DNA of 25,389 nucleotides, from IMG/VR virus record IMGVR_UViG_3300027956_000036, positions 1-25,389 of that record. One strand, given 5' to 3'. The notes beneath the pieces were generated by a model. It made no database searches, was not told where the DNA came from, and saw nothing but the letters and a program-made list of their open reading frames with translations. Position 1 is the stretch's first letter; each line of letters begins with the position of its first letter. This stretch comes from a virus. Lineage: Duplodnaviria; Caudoviricetes. A program made the translations under genes and the position numbers. This document shows positions 8,061 through 17,191 of this stretch, one piece after another.

Positions 8061-8414
8061 ATGACTGTGAGTGAATCATTTAGAGAATCAATCAAAAAAT
8101 TTAATGAGATAACAGGTGAGAATATTACCGAAGAAGATGTTTTTAGATTAGAAAAAATAAAAAATGACAAAGTTGAAGTTGAGGTTATAACTGCAAGTGA
8201 AGGTGAGCTTGAACAGTTAAAATTCAAAGTGGATAGAATTATAAAAGATTTTTCAGAATTTTATGCACCAAAAGGTAGAAGTTTAAAGGCAACTTTTCAT
8301 ATTATAAAAGATGATAAAAAAGATACATATGGTGAGAAGGTTGTATTTGGTGATAAAATTGAAATTATTTTAAATATTGATACCGGCAAAGGTTTAAGTA
8401 TAGAGGATGAATAA
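8061..8414 (+). CDS. Hypothetical protein
   Basis: AAGGAG RBS; TAATG overlap with the next gene. Confidence 0.75.
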   Translation: MTVSESFRESIKKFNEITGENITEEDVFRLEKIKNDKVEVEVITASEGELEQLKFKVDRIIKDFSEFYAPKGRSLKATFHIIKDDKKDTYGEKVVFGDKIEIILNIDTGKGLSIEDE

Positions 8415-8836
8415 TGGAATGTGGTGAATGTACATTGTGTTGTAAGTTGTTAAAAATAGACGAAACAAATAGCAAAGTAAATGAATATTGTTGTTATTGT
8501 AATCCTAATTTTGGTTGTACTATATATGATAAAAGACCAGAATCTTGTAGAATATTTGAATGTTGTTGGAAACAAATGAAAAACGCCGGAGAAGATTTAA
8601 GACCGGATAAATGTGGTGTTTTATTTGAGAAATGGTCAGATAATGTTATTGTAGGTGCAACTGATGAAATGTTATCAAATTTAGTTTTAGGTCAGATTGA
8701 TTATTTTAGAAGTGAAAATATTTCTGTTTTAATAATGGATCATAATAAAAAATCAATAACATATTTTTTAGCGGATGGACATACTAAAGAATATGTAAGG
8801 AAAGAGATAAATGACAGCCCCAAGTTACACAAGTGA
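8414..8836 (+). CDS. CxxCxxCC (YkgJ-like) Zn/Fe-S cluster protein
   Basis: CGECTLCC...C..C...GCTIYDKRPESCRIFEC. Confidence 0.8.
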   Translation: MECGECTLCCKLLKIDETNSKVNEYCCYCNPNFGCTIYDKRPESCRIFECCWKQMKNAGEDLRPDKCGVLFEKWSDNVIVGATDEMLSNLVLGQIDYFRSENISVLIMDHNKKSITYFLADGHTKEYVRKEINDSPKLHK

Positions 8837-10424
8837 TTTAACAAATATAGCAACTGGTGATGAGTCATCGGGATGGGTAGAGTTTACAGGTGGTGGATAT
8901 GGTGGTCAAGATTCACCGGCATATCAAGATGCTGAGTATCCATATATTCAGGGAAGTTACGCTGTTACTCAAAGTACTCCTAAAAATACAACTATAGGCT
9001 CCTTAGCTTATCCTACTGGTGCTATTACATGGTATAGTGGTTATGCGTTTTTTGTATGGCAAAACTTTTCATCTCCATTTGCCATGGGAACATATGCACA
9101 AGGTGGAATGCGACTTTGTTGTGGTTCCAGTCAAAATGATTTTTATTCATATTATGTTGGTGGTAGTGATAAATCTCCTATGCCTTATGGTGGTTGGCAA
9201 TGTCATGTGGTAGAACCAACTTTTACACCATCAACTTTAGCAAGTGAAACTGTGGGAACACCGAATGGTTATACCTGGGCTTATGTAGGAGCAGCAGTTT
9301 ATGTATTAACTGGTCCAGGTAAAGGTGAACCTCATCAAGTAGATGCAATTAGATATGGTAGAGGTAGAGCAAAATTTGAATATGGTGATGAGGCAAATGG
9401 TTATTGTACGATTGCAGGTTTTGCTGCTGTAAATGATAACCAGACTAACAGATGGGGTTTAATACAAGCTGTAGCTGGTGGTTACTTATTTAAAGGTGAA
9501 ATGTATTTGGGTAATTCAACAAATGCTGTTGATTTTCGTGACTCAGATAGAACTATATTTATACAATGGACACCAAGAGTAACAGCAACTTGGAATCTTA
9601 TTTCTGTTAATAATGCGAGTTCTTATGTTTCAATGACAGGTTTTCAGTTTATTGTTCTTGATACAACAACTGGATCCAGAGGAAGTTTTTATGTTTATGA
9701 TAGTGCGGAAGCATATCTTGAAAGTTGTGTATTCAATGATATGTATGTTTTTGGTTTTTCAGTAAATACATCTGTAATAGATTGTACATTTAATAGATGT
9801 AATTCAATTACACAATCTTCTGCAACATTTGATGGATGTTTAATATCAAGATTGGTAAACTCTGGTGGAGTATCAGTAAATAATATGGAACTTATATCAA
9901 ATTGTGATTTTGTTAGTGATGGAACTGGTCATGCAATGACATTAACAAGTGCTCACGCTAGTAATGAATATACATTTACTGGTAATACATTTACTGGTTA
10001 TGCCTCTGTAAGTGGTTCATCGGGTGATGAAGCAATATATAATAACTCAGGTGGTCATGTTACAATTTATATAGATAATGGAGATATGCCATCAATAAGA
10101 AATGGCACAGGTGCAAGTACAACACTTATAAATGCTGTTGTATTAACTTTAACAGGTATGGTTTCAGGAAGTGAAGTTAGAATATATTTACACGGAACAA
10201 CAACTGAATTGACAGGCATAGACCTTGTTGATACGCTTGATGATACTGGTATTACATATAAATTTTCTTATTCATATAACTATGCAGAGGATACTTATGT
10301 TGATATAGTAGTTCATAATGTTGATTATATATATTACAGAATTGATAATTTATTATTATCACCTTCAAATACAAGTATTCCTATTGACCAACAATTTGAT
10401 AGAAATTATAGGAATCCAACATAA
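8811..10424 (+). CDS. Virion fibre/adhesin-like protein with a probable beta-helix region and C-terminal DRNYxNP domain
   Basis: G/S/T/Y-rich; periodic SCVF/DCTF/GCLI/NCDF/GNTF repeats typical of right-handed beta-helices. Confidence 0.65.
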   Translation: MTAPSYTSDLTNIATGDESSGWVEFTGGGYGGQDSPAYQDAEYPYIQGSYAVTQSTPKNTTIGSLAYPTGAITWYSGYAFFVWQNFSSPFAMGTYAQGGMRLCCGSSQNDFYSYYVGGSDKSPMPYGGWQCHVVEPTFTPSTLASETVGTPNGYTWAYVGAAVYVLTGPGKGEPHQVDAIRYGRGRAKFEYGDEANGYCTIAGFAAVNDNQTNRWGLIQAVAGGYLFKGEMYLGNSTNAVDFRDSDRTIFIQWTPRVTATWNLISVNNASSYVSMTGFQFIVLDTTTGSRGSFYVYDSAEAYLESCVFNDMYVFGFSVNTSVIDCTFNRCNSITQSSATFDGCLISRLVNSGGVSVNNMELISNCDFVSDGTGHAMTLTSAHASNEYTFTGNTFTGYASVSGSSGDEAIYNNSGGHVTIYIDNGDMPSIRNGTGASTTLINAVVLTLTGMVSGSEVRIYLHGTTTELTGIDLVDTLDDTGITYKFSYSYNYAEDTYVDIVVHNVDYIYYRIDNLLLSPSNTSIPIDQQFDRNYRNPT

Positions 10425-10449
10425 AGAAATATAGATTTAAAATTAAAGA

Positions 10450-10457
10450 TATAAATA
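10450..10457 (+). promoter_or_regulatory. T4-type late promoter TATAAATA
   Basis: Exact consensus in the intergenic region upstream of the 10600 structural gene. Confidence 0.6.
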
Positions 10458-10599
10458 TAGATAAAGGTGTTATTGTGCTAATAAAAAATAATGTGGAAAA
10501 GAAAATGAATTTTGATTATATACAAATATTCCTTAGCAGAATGATAATCAGAAATTCAAATATAATGATTCATTTAATAAAGAAATAGGAGAAAAATAA

Positions 10600-11961
10600 A
10601 TGGCAAAAATAGTGGATCCCGATGATCTAAATCAGGCAACTGAAGTAACAATAACACCCGGTGTTTCTGGTTCAATACAATTAAATATTGCAGGTAATCT
10701 AACAACAGATGGTGTTACCATGCAAGCGTTGTATTCATTTTTAAAAGAGGAGTGGAAATCAGATACAAATTTAATTAAGTATCCATTTCCAATGATAGCA
10801 ATTACGGAAGAGCAATTTGAATTAACAAACGATTGGAACTTTTCTGATGTTGAATCTACAGAGTTAATCCGAGACGGTGGTTGGGCTGTTAAGGACTCAA
10901 CAGGTATATCAAGAGAAGAATATATGAATGTTACAACACTTGGTTCATTCAATAATAGTGGTACCGACCAAGCATATTATACACAAGTTTCTGGTGATAA
11001 TGTTGTACCTACATCCGTTGTTCTTGCAGGTGAAGTAAACCAAGCAGTAAAGATTTATGGTAATTCAAATTATGGTGGATTTGATTATAGAAGTTACTTT
11101 AAAATCTTCCTTCGTGAAGAAGGAAAAACTTATGACTCATATAACTTACTATCTGAACAAAACTTGGCTGCATTGACATATAAGAAATATGCAATGCCTT
11201 TGTCAAACGGTCTTGATATTAAGGTTACACATACAGACGTAACAATTGCCGCTGGTGGTGATTATGCAAATGTTGATGTTACATATTATGGTACAAACCA
11301 AGCAAGAGATTTTGATGGTACATCATATAACTTTGATAAAATTATTGAAGGTGATGGTAAAGCAACAACAATAATTTATGAAAAAATTCAATATCTTCTA
11401 AGACAACCAAGTGATATTGATGAAGGCGGTGGTACAGTTCGTGGTGATATTGCCGATGAACTTTTATCATTTGTTGGTGATACTCTTGTTACAGCAACAG
11501 GTGTTTATATTGATAACTTCCGTGAGGCTGATAGAAACTCTATTGACTTCTATGATGTTACAGGAGCACTTAGAAGATATGCATATGTTGCAACTGGTAA
11601 CTTATTGTTTAATGACAACTTGGTTGCTGATGGTAATGCACAATATTGGATGTTTTTTACATCTATTGGGGCATCTGCTTATGGAACATCAAATGCAATT
11701 CTTGTTCAAGATGCAAATAATGAAACAATTTCTGGAAATGTATCTGGTTCATTTGTAGAATTTACATTTGACTATGACAATAATGATCAACCAGGTGGAC
11801 AACTTGGTAGGACACCTGGAGAAGATGCACCTGTTACTGTTGTCGCTATCGGTTTAAACTCAGCACAATTCGTTAAAACTACTGCCACACTACAAAGATC
11901 AAAAGCTAATAACATATCTCTTGTTGCCGCTCTTGAAAGAAATTATAGTAATCCAGCTTAG
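10600..11961 (+). CDS. Virion structural protein, probably high-copy
   Basis: AGGAG RBS, own late promoter and a downstream hairpin; acidic, G/T/N-rich beta composition; ends ERNYSNPA. Confidence 0.7.
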   Translation: MAKIVDPDDLNQATEVTITPGVSGSIQLNIAGNLTTDGVTMQALYSFLKEEWKSDTNLIKYPFPMIAITEEQFELTNDWNFSDVESTELIRDGGWAVKDSTGISREEYMNVTTLGSFNNSGTDQAYYTQVSGDNVVPTSVVLAGEVNQAVKIYGNSNYGGFDYRSYFKIFLREEGKTYDSYNLLSEQNLAALTYKKYAMPLSNGLDIKVTHTDVTIAAGGDYANVDVTYYGTNQARDFDGTSYNFDKIIEGDGKATTIIYEKIQYLLRQPSDIDEGGGTVRGDIADELLSFVGDTLVTATGVYIDNFREADRNSIDFYDVTGALRRYAYVATGNLLFNDNLVADGNAQYWMFFTSIGASAYGTSNAILVQDANNETISGNVSGSFVEFTFDYDNNDQPGGQLGRTPGEDAPVTVVAIGLNSAQFVKTTATLQRSKANNISLVAALERNYSNPA

Positions 11962-11974
11962 TTTAATAGGTGAG

Positions 11975-12016
11975 ATTTTAGGTTGGATGGTATTTTATAA
12001 CCATCCAACCTAAAAT
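11975..12016. terminator. Perfect 17-bp inverted repeat (terminator or RNA stability/processing hairpin)
   Basis: ATTTTAGGTTGGATGGT - ATTTTATA - ACCATCCAACCTAAAAT; no canonical downstream U-tract. Confidence 0.65.
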
Positions 12017-12051
12017 AAATAAATTGTAAAAAATTATAGGGAGAAAAATTT

Positions 12052-13656
12052 ATGGCGTCATTTCATCAAAGTATAAGAATACCGCCTGATAGTACAGGTA
12101 AAAAAGTATTTAATAGAGTAGAGGCTTGTTTAGGTTATAAAAACGGTGTTGAGGATTTTCATATTAACGATACTGTTGAGGGTGGAACATCTGGAACTTT
12201 TGGTACTGTTATTAAGGTTGAAGGTACAACAAATATTGGTACAATTCATTTAATATTGAATGTTGATTCACAGTCCGACTCTTTTGTTGATTCAGAAGAT
12301 TTACTTGTCGGTGATGTGAAATATGCAGAAGCAAATAATACAGGTGAGTTATATTATCTAAATGCAAATATGTTATTTGGTGGTAACTCTACCCAAAACT
12401 CAGCATTCGTTGATAATAAAGGTCAGTTGTATACAAGAAACGCTGCGGGTGTTCCTGATTATGATATTTCAGGTAAGCAAAGAGTTGTTCAAGAAATTAC
12501 AATGTCGTCATATGATTTTAATGGAATCAAAGATACTCAAACAATTTCAGATGTTGTTACAGGTGCATCAACTGCAACTGGAAATACAACAATGCCTTGT
12601 GAGGTTCTTACTTGTCCGGCAGAAGCAAATCAACATATTAAAAGAATAGGTGACATTTATAATAGATATAATGTTGGTTCTGCACAAATTGCTATTTATA
12701 CTTTATATTTAGGTGATAATGGTAAAGAAAATGTTGTTAGAAAATGGGGTTATTATGATTCTAATAACGGTTTTTATTTTGAAGTAAGAGGGGAACAAAT
12801 TAATCTTGTTGTCAGAAGTAAAACATCTGGTACTATAACAGAAATTAGAATACCAAGAGAGAATTGGAATGAAGACCGTTTGGACGGTACAGGTGATGCT
12901 AACAACTTATCTGGATTTAATTTAGATTTAACAAAAACTAATATTTATTATATTGAGTATAGAGGAACCGCTGGTGTAAATTTTGGTATTTATGATGGTG
13001 ATTTGAAATTAGTTATTCATAAACACCAACATACAAATAATTATAATGCAAGAATGACAGCCGGTGCATCATTACCAAGTACATGGGAACAATTTACCAC
13101 TGGTATACCTGCATCTACTTCTGAAATGTATCTACTTGGTATTGTTGTAAAAGGTGGTGCACATTTATTTGAAGTTCCACGAACAGCAATTGGTTTTGCC
13201 AGAGAGAATGTTCCTATACCTTCTGGTGGACCCACTGGTGGTGCATTATGGACACCAGTTATGAGTTTTAGACCTGGTAAAAATAGAAAGTGGATATTTC
13301 CACATAGAATTTATGTTTATCCATCTATTCCTGTTTTTGGTAGAGTTATGGTTTCTATTGGTGCAGCATTAGTTGGTGCAACATGGGCAAACACAGTTAG
13401 TTCAGTTCAGATAGATACAGCTGCTTATTATTTAGCTGCTGGTACTATTTATGGATCATCATTTGGACCAGCGAATGTAACAACACAAGAAATGATGGTT
13501 GATGTTCCAATGGTTCTACCATATTCAACAAAGCTTATTAGAAAAGCAAATATTGATGATGATAATTATTGTCTTCATATAACACTTGAGTTTAGAGCGA
13601 TGGCAAATCAACCAGCTGGATTTTTACATGTTGGTGTTATTTGGATTGAGGTATAA
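12052..13656 (+). CDS. Virion structural protein (baseplate/fibre-associated, lectin-like core)
   Basis: F..xDTVEGGTSGTFGTV segment typical of T4-like structural proteins; WGYYDSNNGFYFE...NWNEDRLDGTG beta-sandwich-like region; GGGAG RBS. Confidence 0.6.
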   Translation: MASFHQSIRIPPDSTGKKVFNRVEACLGYKNGVEDFHINDTVEGGTSGTFGTVIKVEGTTNIGTIHLILNVDSQSDSFVDSEDLLVGDVKYAEANNTGELYYLNANMLFGGNSTQNSAFVDNKGQLYTRNAAGVPDYDISGKQRVVQEITMSSYDFNGIKDTQTISDVVTGASTATGNTTMPCEVLTCPAEANQHIKRIGDIYNRYNVGSAQIAIYTLYLGDNGKENVVRKWGYYDSNNGFYFEVRGEQINLVVRSKTSGTITEIRIPRENWNEDRLDGTGDANNLSGFNLDLTKTNIYYIEYRGTAGVNFGIYDGDLKLVIHKHQHTNNYNARMTAGASLPSTWEQFTTGIPASTSEMYLLGIVVKGGAHLFEVPRTAIGFARENVPIPSGGPTGGALWTPVMSFRPGKNRKWIFPHRIYVYPSIPVFGRVMVSIGAALVGATWANTVSSVQIDTAAYYLAAGTIYGSSFGPANVTTQEMMVDVPMVLPYSTKLIRKANIDDDNYCLHITLEFRAMANQPAGFLHVGVIWIEV

Positions 13657-14232
13657 ATGTTAGATATATACTATGGATATTGGGATTATTGGAGATGGTA
13701 TCATAAAGTTACATTTGATGGACCAAATAAATTAATATTAGTGAATCCTGGTGTTACAACTCTTAATGTCAAAGAAGATATTTATTCTGATTGGAAAGAA
13801 TGGTTTTTAGGCCATGATGGTGTTGTAACCTCAAAATATCTTGAAGCATCTGAATCTGTCGGTGGTCAACCACTTCCTGGTGGTACAAATCTCGGTGATA
13901 CTTACTTTCTAATTAATGGCTGGAAAATAAAACCTTATCCAGGAAGTTATAGTTTATCAATTGAAGGTAATATTTATACAGATACAGGTGAAGATTTCTT
14001 CGTTGATGCTGAAGTAACAAGTATACCAAATAATATTCGTATTTTAAATACCGTTTCAAATATTGTTCAAACCGATGAAGTTGAAGTTCCAGCACTTACA
14101 GTTGAAAACATCACACAAGTTGTTGAGGCTGTATGGAATAAAATGTTATCAGAACATCGTATACCAGGAACAACAGGTGAAGCATTACAAAAAATAAAAA
14201 ATAACGCTGCATTAATACCAGCTACGGTGTAG
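13657..14232 (+). CDS. Virion protein with N-domain paralogous to the 10600 protein and a C-terminal VxxAVW motif
   Basis: IYSDWKEW...KY...YFLINGW vs LYSFLKEEW...KY...FELTNDW; ends VVEAVWNKMLSEHRIPGTTGEAL. Confidence 0.65.
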   Translation: MLDIYYGYWDYWRWYHKVTFDGPNKLILVNPGVTTLNVKEDIYSDWKEWFLGHDGVVTSKYLEASESVGGQPLPGGTNLGDTYFLINGWKIKPYPGSYSLSIEGNIYTDTGEDFFVDAEVTSIPNNIRILNTVSNIVQTDEVEVPALTVENITQVVEAVWNKMLSEHRIPGTTGEALQKIKNNAALIPATV

Positions 14233-14234
14233 AA

Positions 14235-14579
14235 ATGGGTGTAATACTAACAAGAAAATCCACAAGTAGTTCATCTGCAAGTGGGGGCGGTGTTTATACA
14301 TCTACACAAAAACTCGCTATTGAAATGGAGATGGAATTTAAAGCTGCAAATGATAGTTATTATAAAGAGTTATCTTATGAAGATGGATTCTTAACTAATA
14401 TAGGTATTTGGTTAGATAATACAAAAGTTTATCAATTATTTAATAAAGATTTAATATATACAAATGAAATGTTATCAACATCATTATTAACAAGAATTTC
14501 TGATAATGCTAAGTTATTAAAGATACTTGAATATGATGTTGATGATAATCTTACATCAATAACGGTGAGTGCTGGATGA
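14235..14579 (+). CDS. Small virion-module protein
   Basis: Packed within the structural operon; repeated LxYxxxxLT motif, with terminal YDVDDNLTSI like YDGDGNLTSA of the next gene. Confidence 0.65.
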   Translation: MGVILTRKSTSSSSASGGGVYTSTQKLAIEMEMEFKAANDSYYKELSYEDGFLTNIGIWLDNTKVYQLFNKDLIYTNEMLSTSLLTRISDNAKLLKILEYDVDDNLTSITVSAG

Positions 14580-16465
14580 ATATTTTAGCATATTTTAGTA
14601 ATAATGGTGTTCCTGCCACAAGTTTAATAATACCAACAATAAAAATAAGAGAGATACCTGTCGGTACTTTATTAGTCAATGGTGATTCAATGACTGAAAT
14701 TGGTGATGGGTTTTATTCTTATGATTTTGTTGATTATGATTTAACCAAGGATTATGCTATTATATGTGATGGTACTTCTATATTAAGTGATGCTGATAGA
14801 TATGTATATGCAGGTAATGAAAATTATATTAATGATATAGAAAATAGTAATTTATCAACTCAAATACTTGGTGTATCTGCACAAAATGTTGAAATATCAA
14901 ATACTTTAACATTGATACCAACTGCATCTGCTCCTGCAATAGATGATATTGTTGATGCAATTTGGGATGAGCCATTATCAAATCATATAATAAGTGGAAC
15001 TTTTGGTGCAGATTTAGCAACCTCTGATGATGTTAATGCAAGTGTTACAACTATAGAAAATTCAGCAATAAGTGGTACTGTTATATATGGTACTATAATT
15101 TCAGGAACTTATGAATCCACCACTGTTAGGGACAATACTTATTTTGAAATTCAAGAAGATGTTACCAATGGTTTGACAGTTGAATTTACATATAATATAC
15201 CAGATAATAATAAAGCTGGTGTTATAAAACTTTTTGGTAGATATATTGGTTTACCTTCAAATACGCATTATATGGAGTTATGGGCATATAATTATGAATC
15301 ATCTTCATGGGAAAACCTTCAAGAAATTTTCTTACCTGGTGGTAATACATCTGATACAGAATATATAAAAGAGTATTATGAAAAACATATTGATAGAGAT
15401 AATAATAATGAAGTAAAAATAAGATTGGTTCATAATATATCAACATATAATGTAACTCATGAATTATATATTGATAGTGTTATTGTTTCATCGGTAGATA
15501 TTGTAACAGCAAGTGATATTGCAGATGCGGTTTGGGATGAAGTATTAACTGGTGTAACACATAATATACCAAGAAGTGCTGGTAGACGATTAAGACAAGT
15601 TGCTGGTATGGTAATTACTGATGGCATAGCTGTTGGTGCTGGTAATGGGTTAAATCAGATTGTATTAAATGGTGATGCATGGACAACAAATGGTGCTTAT
15701 GATCCTGCTATGATTGCGATTGTTGATGGCATTGGTGTTGGTCAATGTAGAAATATTTTGGAATATCATGGAGATACAAAAACAGCAACAGTTGATAGAA
15801 ACTGGAAGGTTCAGCCAAATAATACTTCCGAATATGTTATATATTCAGATTCCGGTAGAGAACATGTTAATGAAGGTCTTGCAAGAGGTTCTGGTTCTGG
15901 TTCTAATACTATAATATTAAATGAATTAGCATCTGATTTTAATGATGCGTATAGAGGACAAGTAATATTTATAAGGTCAGGTAAAGGTGAAGATCAATCT
16001 TGTAGAATAATTGGATATAATGGAACAACAAAAGAAGTAACAATTGCAAATGATTGGTGGGAATCAGTTGATAATACATCAGCATATGTTATATTACCAA
16101 CAGCAACAATGCGTAGAAAACAAATAGCAGATTCAGTATGGAATCAACCAACATCTGCAAACAATGGTATAAATACTTTTGGAAATTCTGTTAATAATAT
16201 AAATAATATAACAGAATCAATTTCTATATCTGTAACCGAAAACCAAAATTATTTGAAAAGAATTGTTGGTCTTTCTCATGAAAATATATTTATTGATAAC
16301 CCAATATATGATGGTGATGGTAATCTAACAAGTGCCAGATTAAGGATTTATTCAACTCCTGGTGATGTTGGAACTGATTTAAATATAATTGGTGAATATC
16401 AAATATCAGCACCGGGTGATGGTCCCGGTAGATTCACAAGTTGGCAACAAATAAGGACATCGTAA
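14576..16465 (+). CDS. Mosaic tail/head fibre-like structural protein with internal repeats
   Basis: Three I(A/V)D(A/S)(V/I)W(D/N) motifs and an 84-aa internal tandem duplication. Confidence 0.7.
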   Translation: MNILAYFSNNGVPATSLIIPTIKIREIPVGTLLVNGDSMTEIGDGFYSYDFVDYDLTKDYAIICDGTSILSDADRYVYAGNENYINDIENSNLSTQILGVSAQNVEISNTLTLIPTASAPAIDDIVDAIWDEPLSNHIISGTFGADLATSDDVNASVTTIENSAISGTVIYGTIISGTYESTTVRDNTYFEIQEDVTNGLTVEFTYNIPDNNKAGVIKLFGRYIGLPSNTHYMELWAYNYESSSWENLQEIFLPGGNTSDTEYIKEYYEKHIDRDNNNEVKIRLVHNISTYNVTHELYIDSVIVSSVDIVTASDIADAVWDEVLTGVTHNIPRSAGRRLRQVAGMVITDGIAVGAGNGLNQIVLNGDAWTTNGAYDPAMIAIVDGIGVGQCRNILEYHGDTKTATVDRNWKVQPNNTSEYVIYSDSGREHVNEGLARGSGSGSNTIILNELASDFNDAYRGQVIFIRSGKGEDQSCRIIGYNGTTKEVTIANDWWESVDNTSAYVILPTATMRRKQIADSVWNQPTSANNGINTFGNSVNNINNITESISISVTENQNYLKRIVGLSHENIFIDNPIYDGDGNLTSARLRIYSTPGDVGTDLNIIGEYQISAPGDGPGRFTSWQQIRTS

Positions 16466-16677
16466 TGAGTGTATCAATTGCAACTAATGGTAAATTTACA
16501 CCGGCAAGTGGAGGAGCAGTTCGTATAGTTGAAAGAATTGTTTATGTTCCCGTTGGTTCAAGTGATATAGGTGTTACTGCAAGAAAACCACAAGTTATTA
16601 TTTCTCGTGTATCTGATGAATATAATAAGAAAAAAGAAGAAATCTCAGTTGAGGTTTTTTCAATTGAAGAGGAATAA
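16465..16677 (+). CDS. Small hypothetical protein (start revised to ATG 16465)
   Basis: TAATG overlap with the upstream stop, AAGGA RBS; MSVSIATNGKF... Confidence 0.7.
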   Translation: MSVSIATNGKFTPASGGAVRIVERIVYVPVGSSDIGVTARKPQVIISRVSDEYNKKKEEISVEVFSIEEE

Positions 16678-16735
16678 AAAATAATAAATACATAATAGAA
16701 GAATAAAACCTGAAAATTTCGTATTGGAGAAAATA

Positions 16736-17191
16736 ATGTTAAAAGTCAATACAAGTGAGAAAAAAAGATTAAAATTTAATATCAGTGTTTCTGGTGTTCA
16801 ACCACAGGACTTAACTGGTTCAATGAGAATTATGATTGAAAAAATTGAATATGGTTTTCCTATATTAATAGAGAATGGTGATATAATTGTTAATATAGAA
16901 CCACTATCAAATATAGTTAATAGGAAATTTAAAGATGGTGAAATTTTTGAAGCGCATCTTGATATAGTTGCTGGTAATACATATTTAAAACCTTGGGCTG
17001 ATAGAATACAAATTGAAAACCCAATGAAAATTGAAGCAACATTAACAAATGAAGAAGATATAAAAGAAACAAAAACTTTTGATATTAAAATATCTTCATT
17101 GGAAGAAGAAGTTCAACCACCACCTAAACCTCCTGTTAAAAAGATTGTTCAACCAAAAACAAAGTTTGGTAAAATGCTTGGAGATAAATAA
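16736..17191 (+). CDS. Hypothetical beta-rich protein with a Pro/Lys-rich tail (start revised to ATG 16736)
   Basis: GGAG at 16726-16729 precedes ATG 16736; AATAAATA late-like element at 16683. Confidence 0.7.
   Translation: MLKVNTSEKKRLKFNISVSGVQPQDLTGSMRIMIEKIEYGFPILIENGDIIVNIEPLSNIVNRKFKDGEIFEAHLDIVAGNTYLKPWADRIQIENPMKIEATLTNEEDIKETKTFDIKISSLEEEVQPPPKPPVKKIVQPKTKFGKMLGDK

Noticed and set aside
8811-16465. Diversity-generating retroelement targeting the fibre genes
   Set aside because: No reverse transcriptase and no near-identical TR/VR pair differing at adenines; the internal duplications are old and diverged
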